From positions 162,626,001 through 162,690,000 of the forward strand of contig NC_042998.1 of NCBI RefSeq assembly GCF_006345805.1: a stretch of 64,000 nt of DNA. The letters run 5' to 3'. A model generated the notes under the pieces. That model saw nothing but the letters and a program-made list of their open reading frames with translations. It was not told the DNA's origin and made no database searches. The translations under genes and the position numbers were made by a program. Source of the stretch: Octopus sinensis. Lineage: Eukaryota. The stretch's first letter is position 1, and the number at the start of each line of letters is the position of its first letter. Of this stretch, positions 39,145 to 52,768 are shown piece by piece.

Positions 39145-39335
39145 TGGCGGTGAGTTGGCAGAAACGTCAGCACGCTGGACAAAATACTTCAAGGCATTTC
39201 GTCCGTTTTTACGCCCTGAGTTCAAATCTGCCGATACCAACTTTGTCTTTCATCTTTTCGGATCACCGGGGTCGATGTAATCGATTATCCCCTTTCTCAA
39301 AATGACAGGTTTTGCGCAGAAATTTGAAACCATTA
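39145..39335 (+). mobile_element. Deu/Nin-like SINE copy (head-to-head with the previous one)
   Basis: ggcggtgagttggcagaaacg...ggggtcgatgtaatcga. Confidence 0.75.
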
Positions 39336-39597
39336 TTAGTGTTCTAGTTGGAAATTTGATGATTCCAGTGACAAATTATTTTCGGTTGAAAATAAATTAA
39401 TCATTGTGATTTGTGCAATTATAGTGGTGGATTGGCAAAACATCTGGTTCTGAGTTCTAATCACGATAAAGTTAACTGTGTCTTTCATCTCTCCGGAATC
39501 ATACAGTCAAGTACTTGAAATGATTCTATCTAATAACCACTTCCCGCGAAATTACTTGCCTTGTGCTTCTATTCGAAGTACGATAATCCTTCTCCAC

Positions 39598-39768
39598 ATC
39601 GGGGTTCCCCTATCACGCAGTTGGTACATCGCGGATTTTTCTGGCTAATATATGTAAAATCATATCGCTGACTCCTCAGTATGTCCAGGTTTCTGCGGCA
39701 GTTTAGACCTTAAATATTTCAGTGGGAGGTTTTAGAACGTAACACCCGCGATAGACGAGGGATTACAT
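39598..39768. mobile_element. Degenerate Tigger-like MITE
   Basis: Right end cccgcgatagacgagggattac resembles the TIR of the 53.4-kb MITE; the left end is degenerate. Confidence 0.45.
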
Positions 39769-39837
39769 AATTATTATTTGCTCTGCTTTCCCGAATATCG
39801 ATTTAAGTGTATATAATATTAAACTAATATAAGGCTG

Positions 39838-40010
39838 TCAAGGTGGTGAGCTGGCAGAATCGTTAGGACACCGGGTGAAATGCTTAGCGATTTTGCCTTT
39901 CATCCTTTCCGGGTCGAAGAAATAAGTACTAGTTGAATACCAGGGTCGATTTAATCGACTTATCCCCTCTGCAAAACCTGCAGGCTCTGTGCCAAAATTT
40001 GAAACCAATG
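39838..40010 (+). mobile_element. Deu/Nin-like SINE copy, internally deleted
   Basis: Family match with a gap after gcttagcg. Confidence 0.75.
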
Positions 40011-40677
40011 TAAAAGTGTTAATTTTGTGAAATAAATTGTGTGTATAGAAGACTTTTTTTTTCGCAAATGTGGTCAGGAATTGTGCTGGTGAATTAGTAA
40101 AAGAGAAGAGAATACAATGAATATAAAGGCTAGAAAAACACTGACCAAAAACTACACTCTATTACGTGCATTCTTAGAGACAGTAGAGCATATTTTGAGG
40201 GAGAGTCAGCTGTTTTTTCTAGCATGTGCTACGAACAAATTGACGTTCCTTCACTGGTTCACTATTTAAATGTTTGATCAGATGTATAAAATCTATATGA
40301 CAATGTTCAACAAAAGCTGAGTAAATCTCTTCAACAACAACAGTCACACACACAAAAGAAGACAAACATAAAAAAACGAAAAACTATTTGGCATTTTTGA
40401 TATTTATTACTTTTTCTTTTGCCTCATTCTGCTATATATTTTCTATGTAAAGCAATTGGAATCAGTTTTGGCAATTTGATGTTATTTGTCCAACCTAATT
40501 CCTGCTTATACACCAAACAAAACTGTCAGATCACCCAAACTTAACATATGATCTATCACACAGACTTGACAGTTGGTGTGTATCGGTTTGGATTCTTTGT
40601 TTTCAGTCATTGTCTTTATTCATTGTTCAATTGCTGACGTCATTGGTTGTCGGTGTTGTTATTATTTAGTTCTTGGT

Positions 40678-40895
40678 AAGGCGGTGAGCTGGCAGAATCG
40701 TTAGCACGCCAAGGAAAAATGCTTAGCGGCGTTTTGTCTGATATTACATTCTGAGTTCAAATACCGCAGAGGTCGACTTTGTCTTTCATCCTTTCGGGGT
40801 CGATAAAATAAGTACCAGTTGAATACTGGGGTCAATGTAATCGACTTATCCTCTCGCCCGAGATTGCTGGCGTCGTACCAAAATTTAAAACCATA
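40678..40895 (+). mobile_element. Deu/Nin-like SINE copy
   Basis: Family match. Confidence 0.85.
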
Positions 40896-41029
40896 ATTAA
40901 AGGTTCATATCATCCCTGATCAAATACACTTATGATTAAAGATATTCTAAGCATGACCATCCCGTCACATTTGTATGGCAGATAAGATATATAATGATCA
41001 GATATATTTTCTAAGATATATATATATAT

Positions 41030-42210
41030 ACTATCGACAAAAATGCGGTATTGCAATGGGAACCAGAGCTGCTCCAGTGATTGCAAACCTCGTAATGGGT
41101 TACCACGAACTCAAGTTATACCAATCATCACTAGTAAAATATGGCGCCTCTTTTAATTGCTACTTAAAGGAGAACTGGAAGAGATATTTAGATGATTGCT
41201 TCATACTTTGGAAAGATAGCATGGATCAACTCCTTGATTTCAAAAGAATGCTCAACAACGTACACAGCAATATACAATTCACTATGGAACACAACAGTAA
41301 GCAACTCCCTTTTCTAGACATCTTAATTAGAATAGTTAACAACCACATAGAAAAAGACATCTTTTTTAAACCCACAGATTCTAAACAATACCTATTATTT
41401 AACTCCTGCCACCCCAAACACATAAAAATCAACATACCCTTTAACCCAGAAAAAAGAATCTGCACCATAGTTTCCGATACAAACACTCGAGAACATAGAC
41501 TCCTTGAACTTAGATCTACACTAACTAAAAGACATTACCCAATCTCATTAGTAAATGAAGGCATCAAAAGAGCTAAGGAAATAGATATACAAATGTTAAG
41601 GAAAACTAGCCGAAATACTAAACAAGACTTAAAAATACTCCCGTACATTTCCACACATAACCCCAGCAGCAACGAAGCCTTCAACATCATCACCCAAAAC
41701 CTTCCCATCCTCACAGCAAACAAAACAATGAACGAAATTTTAAGCTCATATAAAATTATAAAGAGCAAAAAGCAACCGAAGTCACTGAAAAAAATATTAA
41801 CCAGCGCTAGACTGTATCCTCTTACAACAGAGCCAAAAGTGACAAAATGTGGACGTTCTAACTGTGGAACATGCCCCCACCTTCTGGAGGGTTCAGAATT
41901 CCAATTCAAAGGAGAAATATTTAAGATCAAATCAAATTTCACCTGCGCCTCAGTAAATGTAATCTATGTCATGACATACATAGGATGTGGTAAACTCTAT
42001 ATTGGACAAACAGGAATTTCGCTCCGTCAAAGAATCACCATTCACAAAAAGCAAATTCGTCACCCACAATACAGACAGTTAAAGGTGAGTGAACACCAAT
42101 TTCCAAATATTTCCCTTTTACCAATGTTCACAGAACACCACAATGCAACAAAGGTTGAATAAAGAGGCATTTTTCATCAATACATTTCTCCCCCAACTAA
42201 ATATGAACAC
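41030..42210 (+). mobile_element. Penelope-like retroelement, 5'-truncated: reverse transcriptase C-terminal half + GIY-YIG endonuclease
   Basis: ORF 40975-42162 has RT motifs QKCGIAMGTRAAPVIANLVMG, WKRYLDD, IQFTME, LPFLDI, KPTDSKQYLLFNSCHP. These are followed by CGRSNCGTC and VIYVMTYIGCGKLYIGQT...LRQRITIH (GIY-YIG). After a frameshift it continues KEAFFINTFLPQLN. The 5' end is truncated at a short (TA)n. Confidence 0.93.
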
Positions 42211-42617
42211 ACAACTCAATACAGAACACCACTAACTCTTCAATTGAAACCACTAACACGTCCTACACCACTCACATTCTCTAAATCCAGAACTACTTAC
42301 CTCCCTTACAAATAATCTTCTTTCTCAGGAACTATTAGACCTGACACCCTGTATTAGCCGGTGCTTTTCAAACGATGAATAGCTTTGCGTAAACCTTGGT
42401 CCGTTTTGTTCTCTTACTTTATTATCATCTTATAATCATCTCATAATAATGACTTTTATGTCTCGTATTACTACCTCAGTCAATCTAAATGTATATATTT
42501 GTCGTTACATGTCATAAATAGCCTTTTTTATTTACAATGTGCATTTTCGTTGATTTTTTCATATTTTACCCTTACATTTCCACGTATATTTTATATTTTC
42601 TTTTTGTAATATATTTC

Positions 42618-42663
<46 letters not shown>

Positions 42664-42879
42664 CCCTACTTCCTCTCAGTCAGAAAGTGATTTAAGGGAT
42701 ATTTGGCTGTACCTCCCTAATGCAGCCTTGTGTCCTGGACATATTACGTTGTTAGAAACCTAAATACAGATTGGAGTTAATTAACCGTTTCCTTGTTGCA
42801 CTCAATAATGGGTTGGTTGGGAGCTTCCTGCAGATTTCGTAAAGAAATTTAATTTTAGTGGGTGATATTGTCGGTAGAT

Positions 42880-43060
42880 TATGCTTGAAATAAAGTCAAG
42901 AAAAGGACATGGATAATGATGACCCTCTTGGTTATCAAAGCAAATGATGAAGAAATCGTGAAGATAGTTCAGCAAAGTGAGGAGGAACAAAATGATCAAG
43001 AAGAAAGTATCAATGAAAATGAGAAACGGTTAAAAGAATTTCAAAGGATAAATATATCTA
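42880..43060 (+). mobile_element. Probable Tigger/pogo (TIGD-like) transposase C-terminal fragment
   Basis: MDNDDPLGYQ / NDEEIVKIVQQSEEEQNDQEES acidic tail typical of pogo-like transposases; frameshifted. Confidence 0.4.
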
Positions 43061-43231
43061 GTAGATGATGAGAGATTTTATTACAAGGATATAAAGAGTA
43101 AAGTTTATGAGGAAAATTCAGGAAAACCCGAAATACCAGTAGCATTCTGTGTTGAAAAAGTGATCGTTAAGACATTACATAGAAAATCTACTTACATCTC
43201 AACTGCCCCTACACCCCTTCTCTTATATGTA

Positions 43232-43545
43232 CTAGATGATTAAAGACTCATTGGTGATACTGCATCCCTTGCCATTCTAGGGACACTGCTGACACTTTTG
43301 AGAGAGCACGTATTCTGCATGAAGAACTTAAGCGTGCTGCTCGAAAGCGCACTGCTGGTGTAGTGAATGGAGAAAGCTTGGTTTGCAATGTTTGCAGTTG
43401 TGTATGCTTGTCAATTGCAGGGCTCATTAGCCACCAACGGAGCCACAAATGCAAAATATTAGTTAGTCCTAGAGAGCACAATGTTCCTGAAGGTCAACAA
43501 TGGTCTTCCTCGGTCACGAGCGGACGGCCGTCATGGATGGATGCA
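43232..43545 (+). mobile_element. RTE-clade LINE 3' end with C-terminal CCHH-like zinc finger
   Basis: FERARILHEELKRAARK...LVCNVCSCVCLSIAGLISHQRSH, followed by a short 3' UTR ending in (atgg)n. Confidence 0.75.
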
Positions 43546-43808
43546 TATATTTATATGCATGTATGTATGCATGGATGGAGGGATATATTTATATGCATGT
43601 ATGTATGCATATGCATATATGTGCATGTATGTGTGACTGTGAGAGTATATATAGAGAAAAAAAAATATATAGACAGATAGATAAATACAAACAGACAAAT
43701 AGATGGTTACATATATATAGGTACGTTTGGTATGTGTGTGTGTATGTATATATATATATATAAACATTAATATTTTAACACCTCAAATAAAAATATAAAC
43801 AAACGATA

Positions 43809-43868
<60 letters not shown>

Positions 43869-44366
43869 TACACATATTTATACATATACATGCAAACACA
43901 CACATACATACATATATATATATATAAATAACTGTATAATGCAAATTGATTTTAATGATTTTTTTAATTATCTAAATGAGTTCTGAAATTTATAAACTCT
44001 TCATTATCAAATCTGAACTAAAAATAGAAATTATCAATCAAAATCTTAATGCGAATATTTTTTCGTAAATATTCTTTTTTAATTCAATTTCATTTTAAAT
44101 TTATTTCTCTACAAACAAAATTGCGCATAATTTTCTGCTCGATATATGATTTTCTATATTTAATCATGTTTACAAAGAAATATATTCTCACACAAAATAC
44201 GAACATGTATAAATATGGACAAGCGAATAAGTTAGACTGCCTGCTCCAGAGACACGGGTTCTAATCCTACGAAAGCATTTAGTATGTGAGTGGATATTTG
44301 ATATGCTTAATATATGCATGTAAACATATATGTGTTTTTAAATGTGTGTGTGTGTGTGTGTGTGTT

Positions 44367-44578
44367 AAGGTGGTGAGACAGCAGAATCGTTAAAGCGCCG
44401 AACCAAATGCTTAGCTGCATTTCATCCGTTATTATGTTCTGAGTTCAAATTATGCAGAGGTCGACTTTACCTTTCATCCTGTCGAGGTAGATAAAATAAG
44501 TACTAGTTGAGTACTGAGGTAATAGGCAACCACTTTTCCCCCAAAATTGCTGGCCTTGTGCCAAAATTTGGAACCAAT
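44367..44578 (+). mobile_element. Deu/Nin-like SINE copy
   Basis: Family match. Confidence 0.8.
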
Positions 44579-44591
44579 TACATATATATAT

Positions 44592-45020
44592 ATTCTTTTA
44601 CTCTTTTACTTGTTTCAGTCATTTCATTGTAGCCATGCTGGAGCACCGCCTTTAGTTGAGCACATCTACCCCAGGACTTATTCTTTGTAAGCCTAGTACT
44701 TATTCTATCGGTCTCTTTTTGCCGAACCGCTAAGTTACGACCACATAAACACACCAGCATCAGTTGTCAAGTGATGTTGGGGGACAAACACAGACACACA
44801 AATACACACACGCATATATATATATATATATATATATATACAACGGGCTTCTTTCACTTTCCATCTACCAAATCCACTCTCAAGGGTTTGGTCGGCCCGA
44901 AGCTATAGTAGAAGACGCTTGCCCAAGGTGCCTTGCAGTGGGAATGAACCCGGAAATATGGACTGAAACTGGAACCCTGTGGTTGGAAAGCAAGCTTCTT
45001 ACCATATACTGCCACACCTA
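44592..45020 (-). mobile_element. CORE-like composite SINE
   Basis: Reverse-complement family match. Confidence 0.8.
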
Positions 45021-45778
45021 TTGATTTGATGAAATTTAAGTTGTCGCATTTTAAATTAACATGCAAATTCAGCCTCACTGTTAAGTGTAAACAAAACGGC
45101 CATGCGTATTTAGATAGAAAAGGTCTGGAATGTGACTTGTTTCTAGTCTTCTAAGATAATCATCAGAGAAAGAATATTCATCTTCTATATGATATATTTA
45201 TTCTTTCTGTTCATTTATTTCACACTTACATTGGTCATAGCTTCCCCTTATTTCTAAGCAGTTGTAGGGAATCTCTCAGGGAATAAATTCCTCGATGTCT
45301 TGTGAAATTCACGTTTGTCTAGTTGCCACAAATCGCTAAAACCATACTAGAAGTGCTTTCACTATCTCAATGAAACGGAATTTTTTTTCGCTTGTATATG
45401 AACACCTTCCCTTAGTTTATTATGCAGTCAGTGATTACTTTATATTCAATCCTCGAGGTCGACTACAATTTAAGGCAAGGCTTGACAGGATCTTGTTTTT
45501 ACACTTGCGGAAGAAACGGGTAGTTTCAGCAACATACATATGTCCCGGAGGATCACTGTACGCTAAATATAAGCTATATTTTCTTTATTTCCTTTATTCA
45601 ATAGTCATGCATTCCGTTTACATACTTGATATAGACATTACACAGGTCATAGTCCATCTAATTTCTAATCTATTACAGAGTACTGACAGCTGACAAATGC
45701 CTCGATTAGGCTAATTAAAATGCATTTTGGGAGGTTCCAGTATGTCTAATTACTATACACACACATGCACACACACAC

Positions 45779-45862
<84 letters not shown>

Positions 45863-46269
45863 TAGGCTTTCTCATACTGAACATTCATGTTTGTTCTGGA
45901 ATTTTCGGACGAAATCGAGTTTCCTTGAGGAGTATATAACAATTTATGTTAATATTTTCAAATAAAATACACTGCATAAAGAAAGATAGGATAATTATTT
46001 AAATTCAAGTCATATAATACATTTTGTTCTGTGAGTGGTAAATGTGAAATAGCATCGGTGGTAAGAATATGTATTTCAGAAATATTTATTTCATTACATT
46101 TGAAATTTAACGGAAACAAGAACATTTTCTCAGGAAACAATGGTGATTGATAGTATTAGTGACACAAGAATATATTTGGTAAATATTATCTTAATATCCT
46201 TCCACTACATTTGAAATTTAATGACCATAACAAAATGTTATTAGAATGCATTGTTATATTATTTTAAAA

Positions 46270-46720
46270 ACGAGTGGATCGATATTATGGCCGCTCAGTC
46301 AGGTTTAATTTCAAAATGTCCCACAGCAGAAAATGCTCTTTCATATTCTCTAGGTTGGTTGCTTCAAAGATATCAGGTTCTATTTTGAGGTTTCTCGGAA
46401 CTCCTGCCCTGCTGTCAAGTAATATATTTTTGCTTTTCTAGCTCAGCTGCTTTAACAGCTGCATCAAGTTTCTCAGCTAGAGATGTCGAAGGTGTCTGAG
46501 GGAGAGTTTCTTGAGTATATGCGTCTGTCTCACTAGCTGTAGAGTCAACAGGTGCACTTGAAAGAAAGAAAAAAAACGATCTAATATCTGCTTTGTAGAA
46601 AAAAAAAATTACATAGACTTGGTTGGAAACTCTGCCAAACTTATCTCGTCTTCTATGAGAGCAGACAACTTCGAATTTTTTCTCTCTTTATGCGTAGAAT
46701 AAATGTCTCCTGGAGTTAAA
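46270..46720 (-). mobile_element. hAT transposase C-terminal (dimerisation domain) remnant
   Basis: Minus-strand, frameshifted LKIEPDIFEAT and ERAFSAVGHF...SIHSFLK resemble the hAT ..EM.LFEAT / ERAFS.AG motifs. Confidence 0.6.
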
Positions 46721-47079
46721 AAAAATTTGTTCAGTTGGTTTCACTCGTTAATGACGAAAGAAGATACACTTTTTGTATAAGTAGAGGCGATTATTGGCTG
46801 CCGTGATTTTGCTCACCAACTTTTATTGATGTCATTGATATGATGGGAGCTTCTTATTTTCTGGGATCAAAATTGTCAGTTTTGAACTTAGATGGTGAAA
46901 GTTTTCGATGTGGATAATCTTATTTTCCTAAATCGAAGGTAGAAGACTGTTGCATTCGTTACTAGTTGCGAAATTTTTCCATGTTCCATTTTGAACATAG
47001 CTCTTCTAAGATATTTTAAAAATATTTGTGGAAGATTCTTGTAATTTCTCTGATTTTGTAGATGATGACTGAAATATTT

Positions 47080-47310
47080 ATTTCTTTATTGCCCACAGGG
47101 GGCTAAACATAGAGGGGACAAACAAGGACAAACAAAGGGGTTAAGTCGAATACATCGACCCCAGTGCATAGCTGGTACTTATTTAATCGACCCCGAAAGG
47201 ATGAAAGGCAAAGTCGACCTCGGCGGAATTTGAACTCAGAACGTAAATGCAGACGAAATACCGCTAAGCATTTCGCTCGGGGTGCTAACGATTCTACCAG
47301 CTCACCGCCT
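47080..47310 (-). mobile_element. Deu/Nin-like SINE copy
   Basis: Near-consensus reverse-complement copy. Confidence 0.85.
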
Positions 47311-47644
47311 CACAATAATAAGAAATTTTGATCCTGTTACAGTCATTTGTAGATTTAAGAAAAATTCCATCTTTTCAGGATCATTATCAAAACATTCACT
47401 TTCTAAATCGACAGTAGCATTAAAAGTTCATATACATCACTTTAGCCACCAAACTCATCTTCGGCTCATGTTTCTTCCAAAAAGAAGTTTCAACGACTCG
47501 CGTCGCTGATCTTACGTGCCACATATCGTATGCTGCAAAATGAATTGCATGAGCAGATCATAGCTGTTCATGTTCATCGAGCCTTCTAAATTTCCCCATC
47601 AGAAGTGCACCATAAAAAGCACATATTGTTCAAAATAAATTCAC

Positions 47645-48035
47645 TTGAACTTTTATTTGCTCCAGTCATATGACTGTGGCCATGCTGGAGCACTGCCTTA
47701 AAGGATTTTAGTCGAGGAAATCGACTCCAGGACTTATTCTTTTAAACCAAGTACTTATTCTATCGGTCTCTTTTGCCGAACCACCAATTTACGGAGACGT
47801 AAGCACACCAACATTGGTTGTCAAGCGATGGTGGGAGGACAGACACAAAGACACACACACATAGATATATATACATATATATACGACGGGCTTCTTTCAG
47901 TTTCCGTCTACCAAATCTACTCACAAGGCTTTTGTCATCCCGAGGATGTAAGAAGAACTTGCCCAAGGTGCCACGCAATGGGACTGAATCCGGAGCAATG
48001 TGTTTGGTAAGCAAGATTCTTACCACACAGCCACG
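47645..48035 (-). mobile_element. CORE-like composite SINE
   Basis: Reverse-complement family match. Confidence 0.8.
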
Positions 48036-48282
48036 AATTATTTCAACAACATTTCTGTAGAAAGAGTGTCAGAGATTCCAGATTGCTTCATTATTTTTCC
48101 ATGGACATCCATATCAAAATACTGGAATTAAGAGAGGTGTATACTTCTGAGGATAAACTAAATCTTGGTCTTGAATATAATTAAGTCACAACTTCAGAGA
48201 ATATGCACCCTATTAATTTAATGGTCAAAGAAACAAATTCCATTCCTTGCAATGGGGTTTTCTGAATGGTATCCATTATAGG

Positions 48283-48499
48283 CACAAGCGTGGCTGTGTG
48301 ATAAGAAGCTTGTTTTCCTACCACATGGATCTTAATTCTGTCCTACTGTATGACACCTTGGGCAAGTGTCAGCTACTACTATAGCCTCCAGCCGACTAAA
48401 ATTTTGTGAGTAGATTTGGTAGACGGAAACTGAAAGAAGCCCGTCGTGTGTGTGTGTATGCATACATATGCACATACGTGTGTACACACACACACACAC

Positions 48500-48554
<55 letters not shown>

Positions 48555-48780
48555 GTGTGTGTCTTTGTCTGTGTTCAACCTCCCTCTGTCCCCCGTTTCA
48601 CACACGGTGTTGGTGTGTTTACGTCTCTGTAACTTAGCTGTTCAGCAATAAAGAGCGATAGAATAAGTATCAGGCTTTAAAAAAAGTACTTGAGTTGGTT
48701 CATTCGAATAAAATTTCCTCGAGGTGGTACCCCAGCATGGCCACAGTCCAGTGACAAGCAAAATATAAAAGATAAAAGAT
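48283..48780 (+). mobile_element. CORE-like composite SINE
   Basis: Family match. Confidence 0.8.
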
Positions 48781-48954
48781 ATCTCTGAAAGACTTTCTCA
48801 TAAACTCTTTTATTCTATTATTTAGAATTGGTTGAGATACTGTTTAGTAAAACGAATTTTGTTATTATTTCTTCTAAAATCCTTGAAGACGGTGCCGCAG
48901 CATGGCCGCAGTCAAATGACTGAAATAAGTAAAAGAGTAATAGAATGTTTCTTG

Positions 48955-49330
48955 ACCGGAGTGGCTGTGTGGTAAGAAGCTTGCTTCTCAACCACATGGT
49001 TCTGGATTCAATCCCACTGCGTGGCACCTTGGGCAAGGGTCTTCTGCTGTAGCCTTGTGAGTGGGTTTGGTAGATGGAAACTGAAAGAAGCCCATCGTGT
49101 GTACATAGATTTATATATATATATATGTTTGTGTGTCTGTTTTTGTCCCTCCACCATCCCTTGACAACCGATGTTGGTGTGTTAACGTCCCCGTAACTTA
49201 ACATTTCAGCAAAAGAGACCGATACAGTAAGTACTAGGCTTACAAAGAATAAATCCTGGGGTCGATTCGTTCGACTAAAGGCGGTGCTCAAGCACGACCG
49301 CAGTCAAATGGTTGAAACAAGTAAAAGAAA
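48955..49330 (+). mobile_element. CORE-like composite SINE
   Basis: Family match; preceded by an inverted tail fragment at ~48860-48940. Confidence 0.8.
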
Positions 49331-49637
49331 AGAAAATACAAATAAATGATTATATGAATGAAAGAAAAACATTGCCAAACAAAAGCAGACAGACGATGAC
49401 AAGGCTTACACGATACGGCTGTTGCTTACTACAAGTTGCAGCTGTAGCACATTCCTCGATTTTGCGCTCTGTATTTATTTCAACTGCTTTGTCAGTCTCA
49501 AGCTTTTTCTGCAAGTGATGTAAGATTGCTCGTTGACCTACCTCTATTTCTTTACACAATGTATATTCGAATTCAGTTTTATGACACTGAAATTTTCCCA
49601 ACATACATTTGGGACATATTGTTCGAACAAAATGAAT

Positions 49638-49803
49638 AGGCGTAGGAGTGGCTGTGTGGTAAGTAGGTTGCTTACGAACCACATGGTTCCGGGTTCAGTC
49701 CCACTGCGTGGCACCTTGGGCAAGTGTCTTCTACTATAACCTCGGGCCGACCAAAGCCGTGTGAATGGATTTGGTAGACAGAAACTGAAAGAAGCCCGTC
49801 GTA

Positions 49804-49843
<40 letters not shown>

Positions 49844-50060
49844 GGTACGTTTCTGTGTCTGTGTTTATCCCCCCAACATCGCTTGACAACCGATGCTGGT
49901 GTGTTTACGTCCCCGTAACTTACCGGTTCGGCAAAAGACACCGATAGAATAAGTACTAGGCTTATAAAGAATATGTCCTGCAGTCGATTTGCTCGACTAA
50001 AGGCGGTGCTCCAGCATGGCCACCGTCAAATAAGTGAAACAAATAAAAAGGTAAAAGAGT
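49638..50060 (+). mobile_element. CORE-like composite SINE
   Basis: Near-consensus copy. Confidence 0.85.
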
Positions 50061-50254
50061 ATCACGATGTAAAGAAGAAACGATTATGTAAGTAAAATCA
50101 ATGACAACGTAAAATATGTTTATCGTAATTAAATGTATGATAAAATGAAGTGAAAATGTATGTCAAATATTTCCTGCTGATATATATATATATATCTTAT
50201 AATTTTCAGCAAGTTCCCGGGATCTTGGAAAACAAACAATATATATTCTTTTAT

Positions 50255-50615
50255 TTGTTTCATTCATTTGACTGCTGCTATGCTGGAGTAACACATTAAG
50301 GGGTTTTAGTCGAACAAATCGACCTCAGGACTTATCCTTTGTAAGCTTAGTACTTGTTCTATCGGGCACTTTGCCGGAGACATAAACACACACACACACA
50401 CGCGCACACACACACACAAACAAACAAACACAAACACACACAAAACAGGCTTCTTTCAGTTTCCGTCTACCAAATCTACCAAATCCATTCACAAAGCTTT
50501 GGTCGGCCCGAGGCTATAGCAGAGGACACTTGCCCAAGGTGCCACGCAGTGGGACTGAACACAGAACCATGTGATTGGGAAGCAAGGTTCTTACCACACA
50601 GTCACGCCTGCGCCT
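50255..50615 (-). mobile_element. CORE-like composite SINE
   Basis: Reverse-complement family match. Confidence 0.8.
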
Positions 50616-50624
50616 GTATGTATG

Positions 50625-51048
<424 letters not shown>

Positions 51049-51098
51049 TTCTAAATATACAACTCCTGTACATCACTTCAAAAACTCTCTCTTTATTT

Positions 51099-51143
<45 letters not shown>

Positions 51144-52091
51144 CATTTATACGTGTGGATAAATAAACTTTACTGCGGTAGATGCTTTGGGGCATTTTGT
51201 GTAAAATGCGCTCTTGTTTATATCGTTGGCGGAGAGGTAAAGTTTTTTCTGAGTTTCTACTTTTTCTAATGGTCGAACGTCCATCATTGACGAAATCAAG
51301 GAAGGTCGAAACCACATGATCTGGTGATCTCAGCGCTGGAGATGGCAGAGATTTTTCTCTCCACCAGCGATGTAAACAAGCGTGTATTTTGCACCAAAAT
51401 CCCAAATGAGAGTTTCTCTCATGGTATCTGCTGCCGAAGTATAGTTTGTTAAAACAGAACATTCACGTTTAAATGGGGATAAGTATTACCTGTCGGCATT
51501 ACTCCTACTTCTGTCACTTAGAAAGAAAATCAACCTATACATTGAAGCAAATCCTCATAGAATAAACTCCATTTCTGGACACGTTGCGTTTTTGGTAGTC
51601 AGATCAGCAGGGAAGTAAATCGATGATTCTTCAGGCCTTTCTCAGTAGAAACGTAGGTGTGTGTTGCTGTTTGTATGCAACGTAGCACACAAAACAGTGA
51701 TGAACGGAAATAACCAAAATATCAAGAAAATAAGTACGTAAAATTTGCAATGCAAATTACTTTGTGAGTGTATTCGATTCACCCATATCAACATAAAAAA
51801 AAAGAAAAATATTTGAAAATGCGATGTTATAGTAATTTTTAGAAATATATCTCGCACTTAAACAGAAAGTACTCTTTTGTGCAAAGTGATCAGAAAGCGG
51901 GGCCCATAAAAGTGAAAAGAATTAAATTTAGAACAGTAATGTATACATAAATATATAAAATGTCGGTATGATGAAACATTTTAAAATCAAAATCAAATCA
52001 TATACTGAAAAGAAAAATTGATATTTTGTATACTCTATCTTTCCTCCTCATCTTCTCTCCCCCACTCTCACCTTTTCTTCCAACATATATA

Positions 52092-52340
52092 AAAGTGGCA
52101 CTGTGTCGGTTACGAAAACGAGGGTTCCAGTTGATCCGATCAACGGAACAGCCTTTTCATGAAATTAACGTGCAACTTGCTGCGCACTCTAAAGAAAAGC
52201 GTTCCCCTTAATGTAGATCTCAGGGAAACTCAGCGTGACACAAAATGTGACAAAGCTGGCTCTTGGAAATACAGATACTACTCATTTTTCTAGCTGAGTA
52301 CGTTGGAGCAACGTGAAATAAAGTGTCTTGTTTAAAGACA
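52092..52340 (-). mobile_element. tRNA-derived SINE fragment (tail shared with 52432-52768)
   Basis: gtcggttacgaaaacgagggttcc...aacggaacagcc is the reverse complement of the tail at 52700-52765. Confidence 0.7.
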
Positions 52341-52431
52341 AAATGGGAATTGATTTCACGACTTAACGATCCTTTTAATCATCATAGCTGTACTTTATTT
52401 ATCTATTAATACAATATTGCTAATATTATAT

Positions 52432-52768
52432 ACTTAACTCGCAGTTTCGATTCCCAGACCGGGCGTTGTGAGTGTTTTTTGAGCGAAAACACCTAAAAGC
52501 TCCACGAGGCTCTGGCAGGGGATGGTGATGAACCCTGCTGTACTCTTTCACCACAACTTTCTCTCACTCTTACTTCCTGTTTCTGTTGTACCTGTATTTC
52601 AAAGGGCCGGCCTTGTCACTCTCTGTGTCACGCTGAATATCCCCGAGAACTACGTTAAGGGTACACGTGTCTGTGGAGTGCTCAGCCACTTACACGTTAA
52701 TTTCACGAGCAGGCTGTTCCGTTGATTCGGATCAACCGGAACCCTCATCGTCGTAACCGACAAAGTGC
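52432..52768 (+). mobile_element. tRNA-derived SINE
   Basis: B-box-like gcagtttcgattcccagaccggg; tail ggctgttccgttgattcggatcaaccggaaccctcatcgtcgtaaccgac. Confidence 0.75.

Noticed and set aside
42335-42395. Hammerhead in the Penelope 3' region (ctgacacc...ggtg...caaacg)
   Set aside because: Only partial CUGA and stem-like remnants; no intact CUGANGA or GAAA.
45400-45520. Minus-strand PRGLNIK resembling a Penelope endonuclease C-terminus
   Set aside because: An isolated short motif without upstream GIY-YIG residues.
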